This document shows, piece after piece, positions 28,077 through 42,209 of a stretch of 64,000 nucleotides of DNA; position 1 is the first letter of the stretch; every line of letters starts with the position of its first letter. Source of the stretch: Camelus dromedarius (lineage: Eukaryota). The position numbers were made by a program, and so were the translations under genes. The notes below the pieces were generated by a model that saw only the letters and a program-made list of their open reading frames with translations, ran no database searches and had not been told where the DNA came from. Where the stretch lies: positions 105,836,001 to 105,900,000 of the forward strand of contig NC_087436.1 in NCBI RefSeq assembly GCF_036321535.1, read 5' to 3'.

Positions 28077-30354
28077 TAGTATAAGGAAGGAAGGAAGACC
28101 ATCAGCAAGTAGAACCTTTGCCTGTAAAGGCTGAGGGAATGAACACCACATGGTATAGGACAGTCCATAGCCAGAATCCCCAAAAAAGAAGGATTCTATG
28201 CTCAATGTTTTTATGTAGCATGTGACTTAGTCCTCAAACTTTAGGTCTGTAAGGTACTTGGAAATACTGGAATTCTCTTCTGAATAATTTTAATGGCCAT
28301 ATACTCTGCTCAGATGCTTTAGAGAAAACCATTACTTTTGAAGACATCTTAATAGTTCTGTTAGAAATGCTGTGCTAAATACTTTCTCTGTAACTTGAAT
28401 TCTAGAGCGAAGGTAAAAGTAAGCCTGGCTGTTCTTCAGCATGGTACCATTGAGTTCCTTGAGTTAACTGTCATCTTCCTTTATTATTTAGGCTGAGTAG
28501 TCTGTCTTCCCTTCAGCCTTCCTCTTTGATACAGTTTCTAGATAGGAACATTTCCACTTAACCTCTGCTAGGTGTTCTCTGGATTGTAGTCAGTATTTTG
28601 GTCTAGACTGGTCAGAGTGCAGTGGAACTTGTATTTCCCAGGGGGCCTGGCATGCCATCGCTTCAGTTAATGCAATTTAAGATTACATTACCCTTTCATG
28701 CAACCATAGCATACTTTCGGCTTATATTAATCTTATTATAAATTTAAGGTATCTAATTATTATACGATAATTTTGAATGTGGCTTTGGGCCCAGAAAAGA
28801 CCCTCACAGACCTTGGACAACATTAATCTTTGGAGACCTCACCCCACATATTTAAGGACATTTATAGCCCATTAAATAACATTTTAAAATTAAAGACATT
28901 TTACAATGTTGTGTTAATTTCTAAGTGTACATTGTAAACTGACTACAATAAAAATAAAAGAAAAAAGATTTTAAAAATTGCTTCTTAAATAATTGGGATA
29001 GGAATGTCTTAATTGTATATATTTTTTAATAGTTCCAGAATTCTTGTAGTGTGAAAGTAACCTACACATTGTTCTCAAATGCACTTTTTGTAATATTGAA
29101 TGTAAAAATAAAGTTGACAGATTTGGTATATATTTAAACATTGATTTGAATGTTACAGTTTCTTTTTATATTAGTGGAAGTATAGGAGGGGATTATGGTC
29201 TGGTTCCAGGCATTTTTAGAGGTGTCCTATTACCGTAACTATGCATAAAATGGCCCAGTAGATAACCATCACACAAGTAGTCACCTTGCCATCACCAGGG
29301 TTTATTGAGAACTTACTGCTGTGGTGACTTTTAATTACTTTTACTGGCATACAGTAGTTAGATTCTTGGAATTTTCCTATATGGCTTAATGTGAATTCTG
29401 TAGCTTGGACTTGATAATTGTTCATTTCTAGGGTATTTGAACTTAATCAAAGCTGCTCTCTACCCCCCTCAATTATTGGTTATATGCTGATTTCAATCCA
29501 AATCTGGGAGTTACTTATATTTGGCAAGTTTCTTAATTCTTTTTATTAACATGTGGGCATATTTTATTGTTTGAAAAGACTTTTTTGTAGAGTCTTCATT
29601 TGTAATTAATAGTAAACTGTAGTAAAGGGAACCTGATTGAGAACTCATGGTAACCATGGGAAAACTATATTTATAACTTGTTAACACTTCTCCCAGATAG
29701 AAGTTTTACTTGACTTGCTAGTGGTAGGTATTCCTTCATAGAATTTCTGTATAAATTGCTTAGTAATACCGATCATTGTTCATTTTATGAAGTACCAACT
29801 TTGGAAGGCATTGTGTGAATTTGTAAAAATTGATAATTCAGAGACTGTCTTGAGTTATCTTTTGGTTGCTGCTTAAGAATTGTGTTCGGAGATCTATAAT
29901 AAAAAGCAAGATACAGTGAATGTGATAAAGATGAAAGAGCTATAGTTATCAGAAAGGAAAGGGCGGTTAAGGATTAGCCAAGTATTGAGGAAAGTGAGAT
30001 AAATAAGCAGCCAAGTAAGTTAAATGATAAGTGTGAGTCATTGGAAGTGGTTAAGGGCTGGGATAAGCTCCCATCCCTAGCTCTGTGTCTTGTGACAATG
30101 CCTGATGGTATTTCAAACCAAGCTGGAAATTTGAATTTATAAGTTAAAGCCAACTATTTTAGATTTTTTTCCCTTAATTCTTAAAGCTGGATTCTGTGTG
30201 ACTGTTTGCGACGTTGGGGTTAAGTAATCAGAAAGTTTTGTTTAGGAGGCTTAGTTGGATGTCAGACAAATAATTTCAACAGGCTCTAATGATTTCTTAG
30301 ATGATTAACAGGATTTCAGGCCAAGAGTCATGGTTCAGAGACAGTTTTTAAAGT

Positions 30355-30685
30355 TCTACTTTAATTGAGGTATAATTTACATAAAGTAAACTACCTTTTT
30401 TAGATATGCAGTTTAATGGAGTTTGACAGATTTATAGTTGTGTAATCACCACAGTCGTTACACGACATTTTCATCACCCCAGAAGGTTTTTCCCTGTCCC
30501 TTTGCACACTAATCTCCGTAGCCCACTCCAAGAGCTTGGCAAGCCCACGGACTTATGGTCGTTTTAATTTAGACTTTTCCAGAAGGTCATAAATGAAATC
30601 AAACTGGTTGTAGTTTTTTGTGTCTGGCTCCTATTGTTGGGCATGATACTCTTTAAGATTCATCTGTGTTGCATGTATCAGTGTA
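30355..30685 (-). mobile_element. Old L1M 3' end fragment
   Basis: ctttaattgaggtataatttacata...ttttcatcaccccagaagg...gattcatctgtgttgcatgtatcagt is typical antisense L1MB/L1MC-ME 3' UTR. Confidence 0.75.
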
Positions 30686-33600
30686 TTAAGTGTGTTAACT
30701 TAATATACTGCCATGTTTGTTTATGTATGCACCTGTTTCAAACCACTTAGAGCCATTGTTTAGAAAGGGACAGAGACCGCATAAAGTTTTCTCAAAATAT
30801 TCATAGGTCAGGCAAGGACAGGCCTGCCTGATAAGGGTGACACTCAGTAATCTGCATTGGGGTTGTGGCTGTTCCCTATAGGGAGGCTCCTGTTCTTCAG
30901 CATGCCCCACCAGGCATTAGGACATTGTTGAATGAAAGAGAGGGTTTTGAAGTAGGAAAAGCCTTCAAAGTCTACTTGTTATAAGAAGTTGCATGATTAG
31001 GATTAAGATTAACATGGGAGGAATATTTTTTTAAAGAAGGGGGACCTACCTTAACCTTTTTAAGCAAAACCTGGACCTATGGCTTAAGAGGGACTGAGGT
31101 GGAGGCCAGACTTGGTGGTGTTAGCCTTGGAAATGAGAAAACTTACTTAGGAAGACTAAAGTGAAGACAGAAGGGAGGGTTAAGGCACCCCAACTCAAAT
31201 ACCTCTTTTTTAAGGTGAATGGGGGAATCCAACTTGATCTGAGTGCACTGGATATCTTGTTCAGGCTTGAGGGAAGACAATAGTGTATGAAAGGAACTTG
31301 GCAAGTGGTCTGATTGTGAGTAGGCAAAGGATCGTCAGAGGGATGCCTTAGGTCACGGGCAGGTTTAGTTAGATCTTAGGTATTTGACCGTTCGCTGTGC
31401 TCAGGTTCCTCCTCTGTGATCTCTAGTTTGGGAACTGAAACCAGGGAGGAGGCTGCCCCAGGTTGAGGATGGTTATAGCAAGCATGGAGAAAAGTAGTTA
31501 AGATATGGCCATTAAAAAGAAATATATATGTATATATATAGGCAAAGCAAATGTTCTTTATACTTACGGATTAACTGAGCTCATGTATTTAGGTTTCGAT
31601 GGCAGCTATAAACTCATCAAGTATCTGAATTTTCTTTACGCTTTGTTCTCGTGATTTTTGGTTAGTTGCCTTGGCGAACACATTCTATACTTGGTAATAG
31701 ATGTGTTTTTGCTGAAAGGTGTCTTATTTTTTAGCTCTTAAATTTGTTCTCATATGAAAAATTGTTGGCAATTGACAAATTTTGACTTAGCCAAATCTAA
31801 GGCATGATCAGAGGCTTGCTATCAATTTTAGGGAGTAACGTTTAAAACCCTTAGTGAATGGAAATTTATTTTAATGTTTACAGAGGTGAGTGTTGTTTAT
31901 TTTAGATCATATAAGGAAGTAGAATTGTTCAGATTAGATACTGGGGAATATTTCAGCTCTTTGGCACTCATGGTATTTAGTACCTAGTATTCGATTCAAA
32001 GGGAGAATTTGCCAGTGCTAACATTCTTTAAAAGGGAAACATTCCAATTTTTAAGGAATGGTAGATAAACTTGTGCAGTAAATTGAAGAAGAAATGATTA
32101 AAGTTTCATCTCTGAATTGTGACGCGTATGGCATATTACTTTAGCATGTTTGCTTTTTATTGTACAGCCTCAGTTCTGCTTAGTACAGAAACATACTGGA
32201 GACTATTTTGTAAAATATTTACTTAGAAATTCTTAAAAAGCTATCTATGGCTGTTTTGTGTAATCATTACTTTCCAGAGTTAACTGTATTGAAATTTTTT
32301 GTAATTTAAAAAATAGTTTTCATTTTATCTTGTTAATGTTTACTTTTTTACATTTAGGAGAGGCTGGACTGATGACTTAAAGCTTTGAACACCTGATTCA
32401 TTCTTCCTTGCCTTTATAGAGACAGTTAATTACCTTAGAGAAACAGGAGTTTGTACAGAAAGTGCTGATTGCTTTAGAGGTGTCTCCTTAAAGTGGTGTG
32501 ATGATCAGGATCTGCTCATGTCATTTTTGGTACAAGGTATTTTGTTTGTCAGGGATAAGAAAAGTCTTTGAAGCCCTAATTTCCCCCAGTTTGTTTATTA
32601 CTATAGAGAAATGTAGTTTGGGGTATCTTTGAGTATCTAGGACTTCTAAATGAACAGCTCTCTTAGACAGTTACTGCACTGTCTTCACCAAGAAACAGGT
32701 AGACTGAAGGCAAGAAATAATTGGGCACGGTGGAGTGAAAAAGAAAGCAGTCAGTAGCAACTTTAAAGATAATGTGTAGGAACTCTTCAGAGTCCCTGAT
32801 CAGGACTGAATCTCATGCCTCTGGGGTGGATTGCGCCTTCTCCCCCCACCCCCCAAGAACTGAGGTCCAAGGTCACGTGGCCCACTCATCAGCAGAACTG
32901 GCATTCCTCATTCTGCCTACCTAAGGGATCCCTGCAGTACTTGGTGCATTTTCCCTGAGCTTGAATATATAATATAAAGTGTGGTTGGAGTCCTTGATGC
33001 ACTGCATGGTTCCAAGATTGTGATCTCGTAAGTTGAGAACATTATCTGCATTATATATTAGGTACCTGTGTGAGCAGGGTGGGTCTAGTTTTCCATTCTG
33101 GTTTAATGTTCACAAGAAAATGGGAAAGGAACATCACTGCATCATCCTCTTCCTGAAGTGGTACTACCAGGGGCTGATGGGATCTTTTTTACTGATGATT
33201 TGCTCAATTATGAATTTGCGGTGCAACCACTTCTTGACTTTTTAAAATGGATCATTGATACTACGCTGGTCTAAGGGAAACATCCAAAAGTCACTTGTTT
33301 AGGTTAGTTTTGGGGTTAGAAATATTTCCAAACCAAAGTGAATCCTATTTCTTCCTGCTTACACTAAACTGCTTTTCCCATGAGTTGGAGCCATCGTGGT
33401 GATTGTCTTTCCCATTTCTATCTTGGAGCCTGAGTATTTAAGGCAGGTTTTCTCTGGTAGGCTTTGAGCTCCTGAAGGGCAGGGACTGTGTCACATGTCA
33501 CTGTGTCCCTAATACCTAACACTAGGCCTGGTACACAGTAACTTTTTAGCGGCTATTTAAAAAAAATATACCCACCGTGGCTTGCTTTTTTGCATCTACT

Positions 33601-36271
33601 TTTTTATTGCGTTGTTCCCTTCCTCACTGGTGGTGGGGGAACTTCTTAGACTGCCTACTCTTAACCACTGGGCTAGAAACCAGATTGTCCAAGGACTGTG
33701 GGGTAAGAATATGACGTAATGAGCTTTAGAAACAGACTGATCAAGGTTTTAGATCCCAGCTCTGCCCTTAATCAGCAGTGGGATTGTGGGATTTGTGATT
33801 TAGCTAACCATCTTCCTCATTTGTAAAGGGACAATTGGTTATAGTATTTTGCCAAAGGATTGGGTTCACTAAATGAAATAGTATATAACTAACACCTGGT
33901 CCAGTGAATGCCCATAGGTAGCAGCTTTTTCTATTTCATTGTTACAAATATGATCGGGTATTTCGTGGGGCCTGAGTAAAGCTCCATTCTTTACATGGAT
34001 TTTGGAACAGTTACTGTGACCACCTTCCAGCAGTCTGTCTTGCTTAATTTCTGACTCTTAAGATTCTTAGTTAAAGTCATCTGGAAAGATAACCCTGTGT
34101 AAGTGTCAGTAGTATTGTGAATTTGACAAGAAGGTTTAAGTGACCTGAATGCCTTCTTTTTTTTCTGATTCTATGCTAGGGGATGGGTGCAGAAAAGTAT
34201 CCAGAAAGAATGTATTGAAAGGAATCACCACAAGCTTTTCATGGATAATCTATATTATGTTTATGAATTGACAGAGTGTAGTGTCTGTGACAATGTTTAC
34301 AGATCCTGTACTATAATCTGCTGAAGTCAGTGTCTGATTACAAATAAATGACTAAAATATTTGTCTACAAGAGAAACTTAGGGTGTCATACACTCACTCC
34401 CAAAGGATCCAGTTGAAGTTCCCGCAGCAGGGCCTCACTTGCTTTTACCTTTCTTTTTCAGTCTCATGACAGGGTTTAGGCTCAGCTAGGCAAGCAGGGG
34501 CAGCTACAGAAGACTTTCTGAACTATTTGGCAGAAACATCCACTGTTTTTCTTCTTTAGCATTTTTCCCCCAGTCTCATAAGGGAAGAGAGAAAAATAAT
34601 GTTTAAATGATATAATTAAGAGAATTAGCTTATATTCATATTAAAATACTGATAATACTGATAGCTTTTGTATAGCTAGTCATTTTTCAAAATTTACTTT
34701 TATTGTGAAAAGGTATATTGTGTCTTTTGCCAAATTGTTCATATTCATTATTAAGTAATATATGAACAATGTATCTGAATAAAGACCTACTAGAAGTGCT
34801 TGAAATGTTTTCCATGGCCATTGGGTTTCCCACAGAATTTCTAGGTCTGCTAGATTTATTTTTTAAGCTAGTGTTTCCAGTTTAGTTTTGCTATTTATTA
34901 AAAAGTAGAAAACTTAGATAAGTGACAGTTCATCAATTCTCCTCCTTCCCCCTTTTTTATTTCCAAGTCATTATCTAGTTCCTGAGTGTGGCATTGCAAT
35001 CTTTATTTATTTATTTATTTTACTGTTCTGAACTAAAAGCTTTTGAGGTAAGTCCTTAGTGTTGAGGAAATCCTGAATCCCAGTGCTAGGAGGGGGCAAG
35101 GGGTTAAAAGAACTACGATGACAGGCTATGAAATAGTGTTGTCGTAACTTATCAGTGGCTAGTAAATAGGATAGTTGCCTTCTGACACCATTTTGAGTGA
35201 AGGCCGCTTAATTGCATTTCCTCTGTTGAGATAAGCATTTAGGATCTGCAGTCAGCTGTGTGAATGCTGTGTGCTTAAAGTATTTCTATTATATGAGATT
35301 TGATTTCTTAAGTGATTTTTCTTTCTAAGTTCCGCCTTACATCAAAAGTTATTTGGACAGTGTCTTTCACTGTATGTGTATATGGAGAAACACCACTTAC
35401 AAATGTATGTAAATCCAGTGACTGTAAGAAATGGGAAATTTTGCAAACGCATGATTGACAGTTGATTTACTCCCATGTGTTTCCCCCCCAGAAAAAAAGA
35501 ATCCTGTGAAAACAATTAAATCTTTTGATTAAGAATTAGTAGTTTTTTAGTTGTGTTATTTTTCCTTGAAGAAGACGTCCCTGTTGAATGAAGGTTCTAG
35601 TTTCAGGGCATATGGGTACATTCATGCTTCCAGACTCATGGCTTTTTGCTGCATAAACCATAAACAAACCACTAAGCAGTTACCAGGATACTCACAGAGG
35701 AAGGCTGCAGCTATTTGAGCTAATTTTTGCATGCTTTGTCAATTCAAATTTTCTACTAGGTTGAAAATCCACTTTGGTTTGCAGTGGTGATGGGTTTTAT
35801 CCTCTGATGATTCAACCTTTTCGATTTTTGAAAGAGAGGAGTTTTAACCTTAGCAGTTATGGAGCACTTTAAAATTCAAAACAAGAATTTGACTCTTTGA
35901 CTCTTAAAATGATACTGTGTGTTTTGTTTTTGTGGACTAGGAGGGCCAAATGGATAGTTAGTTTCTATTGCAATTGCAGCAGCTGTCAAAGTCAGAGAAA
36001 ATGCTGGAAGGGACCTCAAAAGTCATTGATTTAAAACGCTCATTTTCAAAGAAAACCAAGGCCCTGAGATAACCAAGTTGGCTTCAAGGTCATTCAGTTT
36101 GTTATTTTGTCTCCTCATTCAACTGAGGGCTCTTCTCCCTATGCAATTATATACACGATAGCTTTTATATTTACAATCCCATTTGATTCCTTGCTTTCCC
36201 CAAATAAAAACTTTTTTAAAAAACTATGCCAGTGACATTAAGAGAACTTGAGTAATAGTTACCAAAACATT

Positions 36272-36275
<4 letters not shown>

Positions 36276-36309
<34 letters not shown>
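36276..36309. repeat. (TG)17 microsatellite
   Basis: Perfect dinucleotide run. Confidence 0.95.
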
Positions 36310-36310
<1 letters not shown>

Positions 36311-38244
36311 TTTTAGTAATTTAATTGTGACGGAAGTATAAAAATTTTGCTAATTTCAGGCAATTTTTTCTAATAATTTGATTAGCATCTCATACGGCTG
36401 TGAAATCTTGGTTCCTTAAAACTACAGATGGAGTATATTTCTTTTTATTTAGTTTTCAGATAATGCCTATCATATTTTTTTACTTAAGGAAAAATCTGTT
36501 GAACTCTGAAAGAAAAACATACTTCAAACACATTTTGATAGGCCCTCCCTTTCTGAACACTCCTTTTATGTACTTAAGCACTTAACATAAACTAAATGTA
36601 TCAATCCTTCACAACTGCCCAGCCAGGGAAAATGAGGTGCTGTGAGGGTATGTAACCGGCCCAAGTTTCCAGCCTGTTAACGTACATACGTGAGGGGGAG
36701 CTGGTTTCCACCGTTGCAGGTGGAGGTGGAGGGAGGGGAGAGCAGGCCCCAGTGCTCTGTTTGTTAACTTTCCTCTGCAGCACTGTTACTTCCCTTCCCC
36801 CAGCCACAGCCAGTGCAAAACTGAACTACCTTGTCATATCTGTGCCACTTTATAGACATGCTTTTTTGAAGGCCAAGGCTCTACGTAGAAATCACAGTTG
36901 TACTCCACCCCTTAGTCCCATTCCTCCTGTCCTTGTCTTGCCAAGTTTGGCAGATGTCAAAATGTGCCCACCCACATCATCCTTACTTGAATTTCCAGTC
37001 CCTTCCTCCCATCCTATCTTGGGAATTTACCCTATTTCCTGCTATGCTTGCTTGTGCATTTAAAAAGATCTTACTGTATTTATCTTCTGCATTCCCAGGT
37101 GTTTTGTTGTGGGAAGGTTTCAGGTTATCTGTCTCTAGAAATGCTTGATACAGAAGTTGGCCACTCCCCTTTAATTTTAAATCAAGAGAGAGGTTAAGGT
37201 CATACCACTGTGTTATCTAATGAATTATTCGTACAGATGCAGAAAAGATAAATATTGCTTAATTGAATCACAGGAGTGAAAGTTTAGTGGGCATTCCCTG
37301 ACATTGACAGACTTGGGCCAGCTAATTTTCTATCCTTTAGCAATTCTCACTTGAATTCCATTGGCATAATTAAGTGGAGTTGGTAAACCATGTCTATTTT
37401 CTTTCCCCCTGAAGCCTGACACCCAGTGGTCACACTTTGAAGCCAACCTTACCAGGATTAACTAAGAAAAGCGGAGACTGTTCTTAGCCTCCTGCCTCAC
37501 ACTTTCATCTTCAGGGTGGAAGAGGTAGGTGAAATACTGAGCCAGGGGCCAGATCCAGAGAGCCACAGGGTTCCTGAGATGCATCTAAGCTCTCCATTCA
37601 CAGGGGACTTGAGGAGATGGGGAATTTGAGGTGCTTCCTTTCTCAATATTCTTGTTACTGGACTGCTGATGAGCCTTTGTTCATTCCCTCACCTTCTAGA
37701 GGGGGTAAAGTGCAGTCTCGTCTTTCACCCAGGGGTCAGACTCTGAACTCAGCCCTTAGGCAAAAATCACTAGATAGTCCACGTTAAATCTCCCCAAGAA
37801 GGTGCTGGTTGGAGATGCATGCTGGGCTATTTCAAGGGGAAAAAATGGTCAGCTTTTCCTTCAATACTGAAAGATCACAGTTTTAAAGCTGAGAACTGAT
37901 ATAGCTGGCCTTCATTCAGAGGCGGTTTACAAAAAAATACCAATCAAAATGAAAACCCCACTCATAACAGAAGACGCACTTCACGAGGCAGGCGTGTCTT
38001 GGAATGACCAGACAGCGGGTTCAGCACTTCCGTTCCATACGCTCAAGGTGCTTCCACGCAGAGTAGTGGGCAGAGTTGACCAAACTGTTTGCACTGGGTT
38101 TTCTCTGTTTTTGCTGGTGTTTGCTGACACCTTATAATTGAATTATCACATTTAATTAATTAATTGCTATCTTGGATATTGTGTGAATTGGATAATTATT
38201 GTGACAAACACCTTGTAAACTGTAAGATCTTGGTGATCGTTATT

Positions 38245-38572
38245 AATGTGATTCCCCAAATATTTTTGGTTCTGGGCAGGTGGTATTTTTTTCCACTCCC
38301 CCTTGAAGTTAGGTGTAGCCGTGTGACTTGTTCACTTTAGGCCAGTCCAGAAGTGACATGGTCGCATCTGACCGGAAGCTGTAAGAGCACAGTCTGTGTG
38401 CGGTTCCCAGGCTCCCTCCCTCTACCACAGTCCAGAGTGAGGCCACACAGCAGGGTGCCCAGCTGACCCCAGATGGGAATAAGCAAGAAATAAACCTGTG
38501 TTTGTAGAAGCCACTGGGGTCTGGGGACTGTTTGTTATTACAATATAATTTAACCCATCCTGACTCATGTGC
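38245..38572 (+). mobile_element. MLT1-family (ERVL-MaLR) solo LTR
   Basis: gaagttaggtgtagccgtgtgactt...aataaacctgtgtttgtagaagccactgg...ttgttattaca...cctgact. Confidence 0.7.
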
Positions 38573-41500
38573 ACATAACACATACAGGTCTTACGTGAGA
38601 TTGTGCTGTTTGACGCATAAGCTTAATCCAGTCAACAAGGTTTATGGTGAAGGTACAGGTGCAAATTGTATTTAAAACAAACTTCTGAGTTCTTAACAGA
38701 AAAAGATAGCTCCAAGATCCTTCAAGGATGTTTGAGTCATGCACTGTATCCAATAATCTAACATGAGCTTTTATAGGAAAGGTGGAGAATTACTATTTTG
38801 TGAGCCTTTTTCTGTTCCTGCCACTGTGCAAGACCTATTGGCACAAATGAACACATTCAGTCTTAACGGCAACACTGGGAAGAAGCCTGGGTATTATTCG
38901 TATTGCTCAGTATAGAAAGTAAGGCTGAGAGATCCTACATGTCCCAGGTCACATGGCTAGCTAACAAGCAAGTGATAAAATTATTTTAGAGAGCACAGAA
39001 TGCTACTTCAATGTACAGTGACAGTTTTCAGCTTAAATCTAGAAATTGGCCAGGAGTACCTACTTGCTGAAGTTCAGTTGCACAGCTTGAGGGGTAATTA
39101 CTCTTATTTCGAGTTTAAAAGGGAAAATGTAAGTCTCCACTGCACCTTGACCTTTCTCACTGACCTTGACCTTACAGAAGTCACCCTGATGTAAACTTCA
39201 ACGTAACAAAACCCTAAGGGCCACCCTTGCAATTTGGGACTCCTGTTTGGGAATGTTGGCTGGACTTGTTTTACCAGAGCTCTGTTTTATTGCTTGATTC
39301 ATATTCCAGATTTATATTACTATATCTTTCCTTAAAAAAGAAAAAAAAAGAAAAACCCAGCAAGCTAAAATGATATCAGAGTGCTATATCTTTCAAATTC
39401 AGATTTTTAAAAAGTTGCAAAGCCAAAATACTCATCTGCATTTATATAAAGTAGTATGAATAACTAAGAGCAATATTTAACTGCTTAAGAATATCATCAC
39501 TTACCATACATTATGAAGCTTTTTTATGTTAGTTTGTTATACAGCTGTATTAGTGCATTTTGGTGCATTTCTGTATCTGAACGTGGGCTGGGACTTTATC
39601 AGTTGGCCAGTTTTTAATGGGGGGGCTGCTTTAGAATATGGTTAAGACAGTGATTCTCAACCCAGCCCCCACCTTAGTTAGACCAATTAAATCAAAATCT
39701 CTACATTTTGGTCCAAACATCAGTTTGTTTGTTTGTTTCCAAAACTCCCCATTGGGTTCTATCACGAATCTAGGGGGTTTAGATACCTTGGGTTAAAATC
39801 ACGGGCTCCTGCTGGTCAGGCAGGCAGTCTCGGAGTCAGATCCTAAGTCCACTGCGGAAATTACTTAACCTTTCAACTTTGCCATCTGTAAAGTGAGGAT
39901 AGTTTAGTATTTAACTCATGACATTTGTAGTAAGTATAAAGTGACGTAGTATATGCAAAGGGCATAGTCCCTGCCCAAGATCAAGTACCCAGTAAAATAT
40001 TACTGTTGTGATTTATTTTTAAGTGACTGGGAACGGTGTGTCAGGTTAGAGCAGGAGAAGAATATCTCCACGTGCAGTGAAGCAAACCCAGCTGGACAAA
40101 GTCTCAGAAGCTGCTTGCCCAAGTTCTCTCGCCCAGGCCTAGGGTCCTGGTCCTCCTCCAAATCCGATTTTCTTGTCATCATGCTGTCTCTCCATTAAAT
40201 TGCAGCTTCTTGGTTACATCAGATAGGCTTCCCCTAAGCCGCCGGCAGCAGTGAGCTGGGCGCCTTGAGAGTGTGCCCATGCGGCTGCCGAGGCCCCTCG
40301 ACCGCATCGTTGTCTCCAGCAGCATCCAGTCTGCTTTCCGCTTCTTAGACGTTCTGTTGGATGACGTAGCTTAGGACCTGAGGAAGTGAGGAAGCTTTCC
40401 CAGTAAATGGTTGTCTGGGGTGCGGATCCCAAGGAGGCATTTTGAGATGAAAGGTGGGACATTCGGAGTCACTGTGGTTGAGGCCCTGCCACTGTGCAAC
40501 TTCAGTCGGTTCAGTGGTGGTGATGCTACCTTGTCGGGTTGTGGGGAGGGCTGAATAAACTGCTTCTGCCGCTTCCCAGTTGTGTGGCCTTGGAATAATT
40601 ACTTAATCCTTGATACCCTCAATATTTTCATCTGTCAAATGGGATGAAGATAATGAGGTCCTTGTGATAAATACTGTTTTGTATATGCAGTGTTTAGCAG
40701 ACACCGGGTACGGGCTTGGCATCTAAGTGGTGGTCACAGTTGTACCTTGTTACTGGGAATGGCCAACCCCTCGTCCCTGTACATCAGGTGTCGTGAGGTG
40801 ACAGTACCTAATGAAGTCGGCAGTCTTCTGAGGCTTGATGGACCATGGCCACAGTCGGGTCCAACCTGTCTCTCCTGGGTCTACTTTTCCAGTTTTTTCC
40901 GAGTTTGCTTCCCGTTTGTGGCTCCTGTTGGTCTGCAGTTTCTCTTCTCTTTGCCTTGCCTTCTGGCTACTTCCTTATCGTTAGCTTCTCCGTAGTGTGG
41001 GCAAGGAAAGTAAAGGAGAAGACACTGTGAGTAAGTCTGGGGAGGAGACAACATTGGATTAAAGGAGGACACAGGTGTGCAATACAATTCCTACCTTCTT
41101 GTTACCCCGATAATAAGAAACCTTCACGTGTGAAGGGCCATTTGTAATTCACAAGGCACTGGCAGGTGTACTGTCTCTAAGATGGGTATTGCCCCGTTTT
41201 TCCAGTTGGCAAAGCTGGGGAGCAAGCAGGGAAAGTGACTTCCGGGGCTCTGTTAGCTGGTGAGAACTCAAGTAGGTTTTCTGGCCGCCGCCTTTGTTTC
41301 TTTAACCTCTGGGTTAGTGTTTGGCACGTTACCATCGTGGTGCAGATGAGCGTCCTCTGACGGTGCATGAATGAGTGCCTGTGTGTCCCAGTAAAACATT
41401 ATCTACAAAACTAAGGGCAGATCTGACCTGAGAGCCAGAGTTTGCTGATCTCTGTTATTAAGTAACCATTCTTTCTTTCATGCGAATTTCCTTCTTTATA

Positions 41501-41599
41501 TGTGTCTTGCCAAATGAGTATTTAGTTTTCTGGGATGATATTTTGAATTTACATTTCATATACCATTTGCTTCTGACTTTTTTTGGTTTCTCTATCGAC

Positions 41600-41990
41600 T
41601 TGATGCCTTTTAAGGTCCATTCTTGCCGTGGATGCATCTTATCTGTTGCTCCAGACTATGCCATATAGCTCCGTGGGGTGCAAGCCCCATGGTTTGCCCA
41701 CCCACTCTCCCCATGACAGACACATGAGAGTTCCCAACTCTCCACTGCCGTAAACGAAGCTGCATGGAACCCTTCCTTGCACGTCACTGTGCGCCTGTGT
41801 AAGAGTCTCTGTGCTGCGTGCCACACCAGAGTGGGGCCATCTTACTGTCAGGGCACACTTCCTCCCACATCTCTGCCAGCAGTTGGGATTCCACTTTCTC
41901 ATTTTTGCTGGTTTAACATCTCATTGCTTCAATTTGTGTTTCTCTGATTACTAGTGAGTTAGAACAGGTCTTCATGTGCAAATAAACCTT
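41600..41990 (-). mobile_element. Ancient L1ME-like ORF2 fragment
   Basis: The minus-strand translation VPCSFVYGSGELGTLMCLSWGEWVGKPWGLHPTELY is a degenerate L1 ORF2 C-terminus; tctctgattactagtgag motif. Confidence 0.65.
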
Positions 41991-42209
41991 AAATTTTCTA
42001 ATTCAAAAGCTAGGTTCTTTTCCTTAAACCTCAGCTAGTCCTTCCCAAAAGACTTCAGATTTTTTAATGGGATTTTTCAAACATGTACAAAAGTAGAAAT
42101 GTTTTATAGTGAACTCCCTTGTATCTCCATTTCCCTGCATCAACAGTTATCCATTTTGCCATCCTTGTTTTGGGTCCCAGCATCATGACCAGTCAAGCGT
42201 TGGCTGTAC

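Noticed and set aside
30810..31480. Possible LTR or processed pseudogene
   Set aside because: Looks repeat-derived but I cannot assign a family or a coding homologue by eye
36084..36092. TCAAGGTCA ERRE (and CCAAGGTCA near 32867)
   Set aside because: Single motifs; the 36084 one sits in MIR-like sequence, which carries this motif by descent
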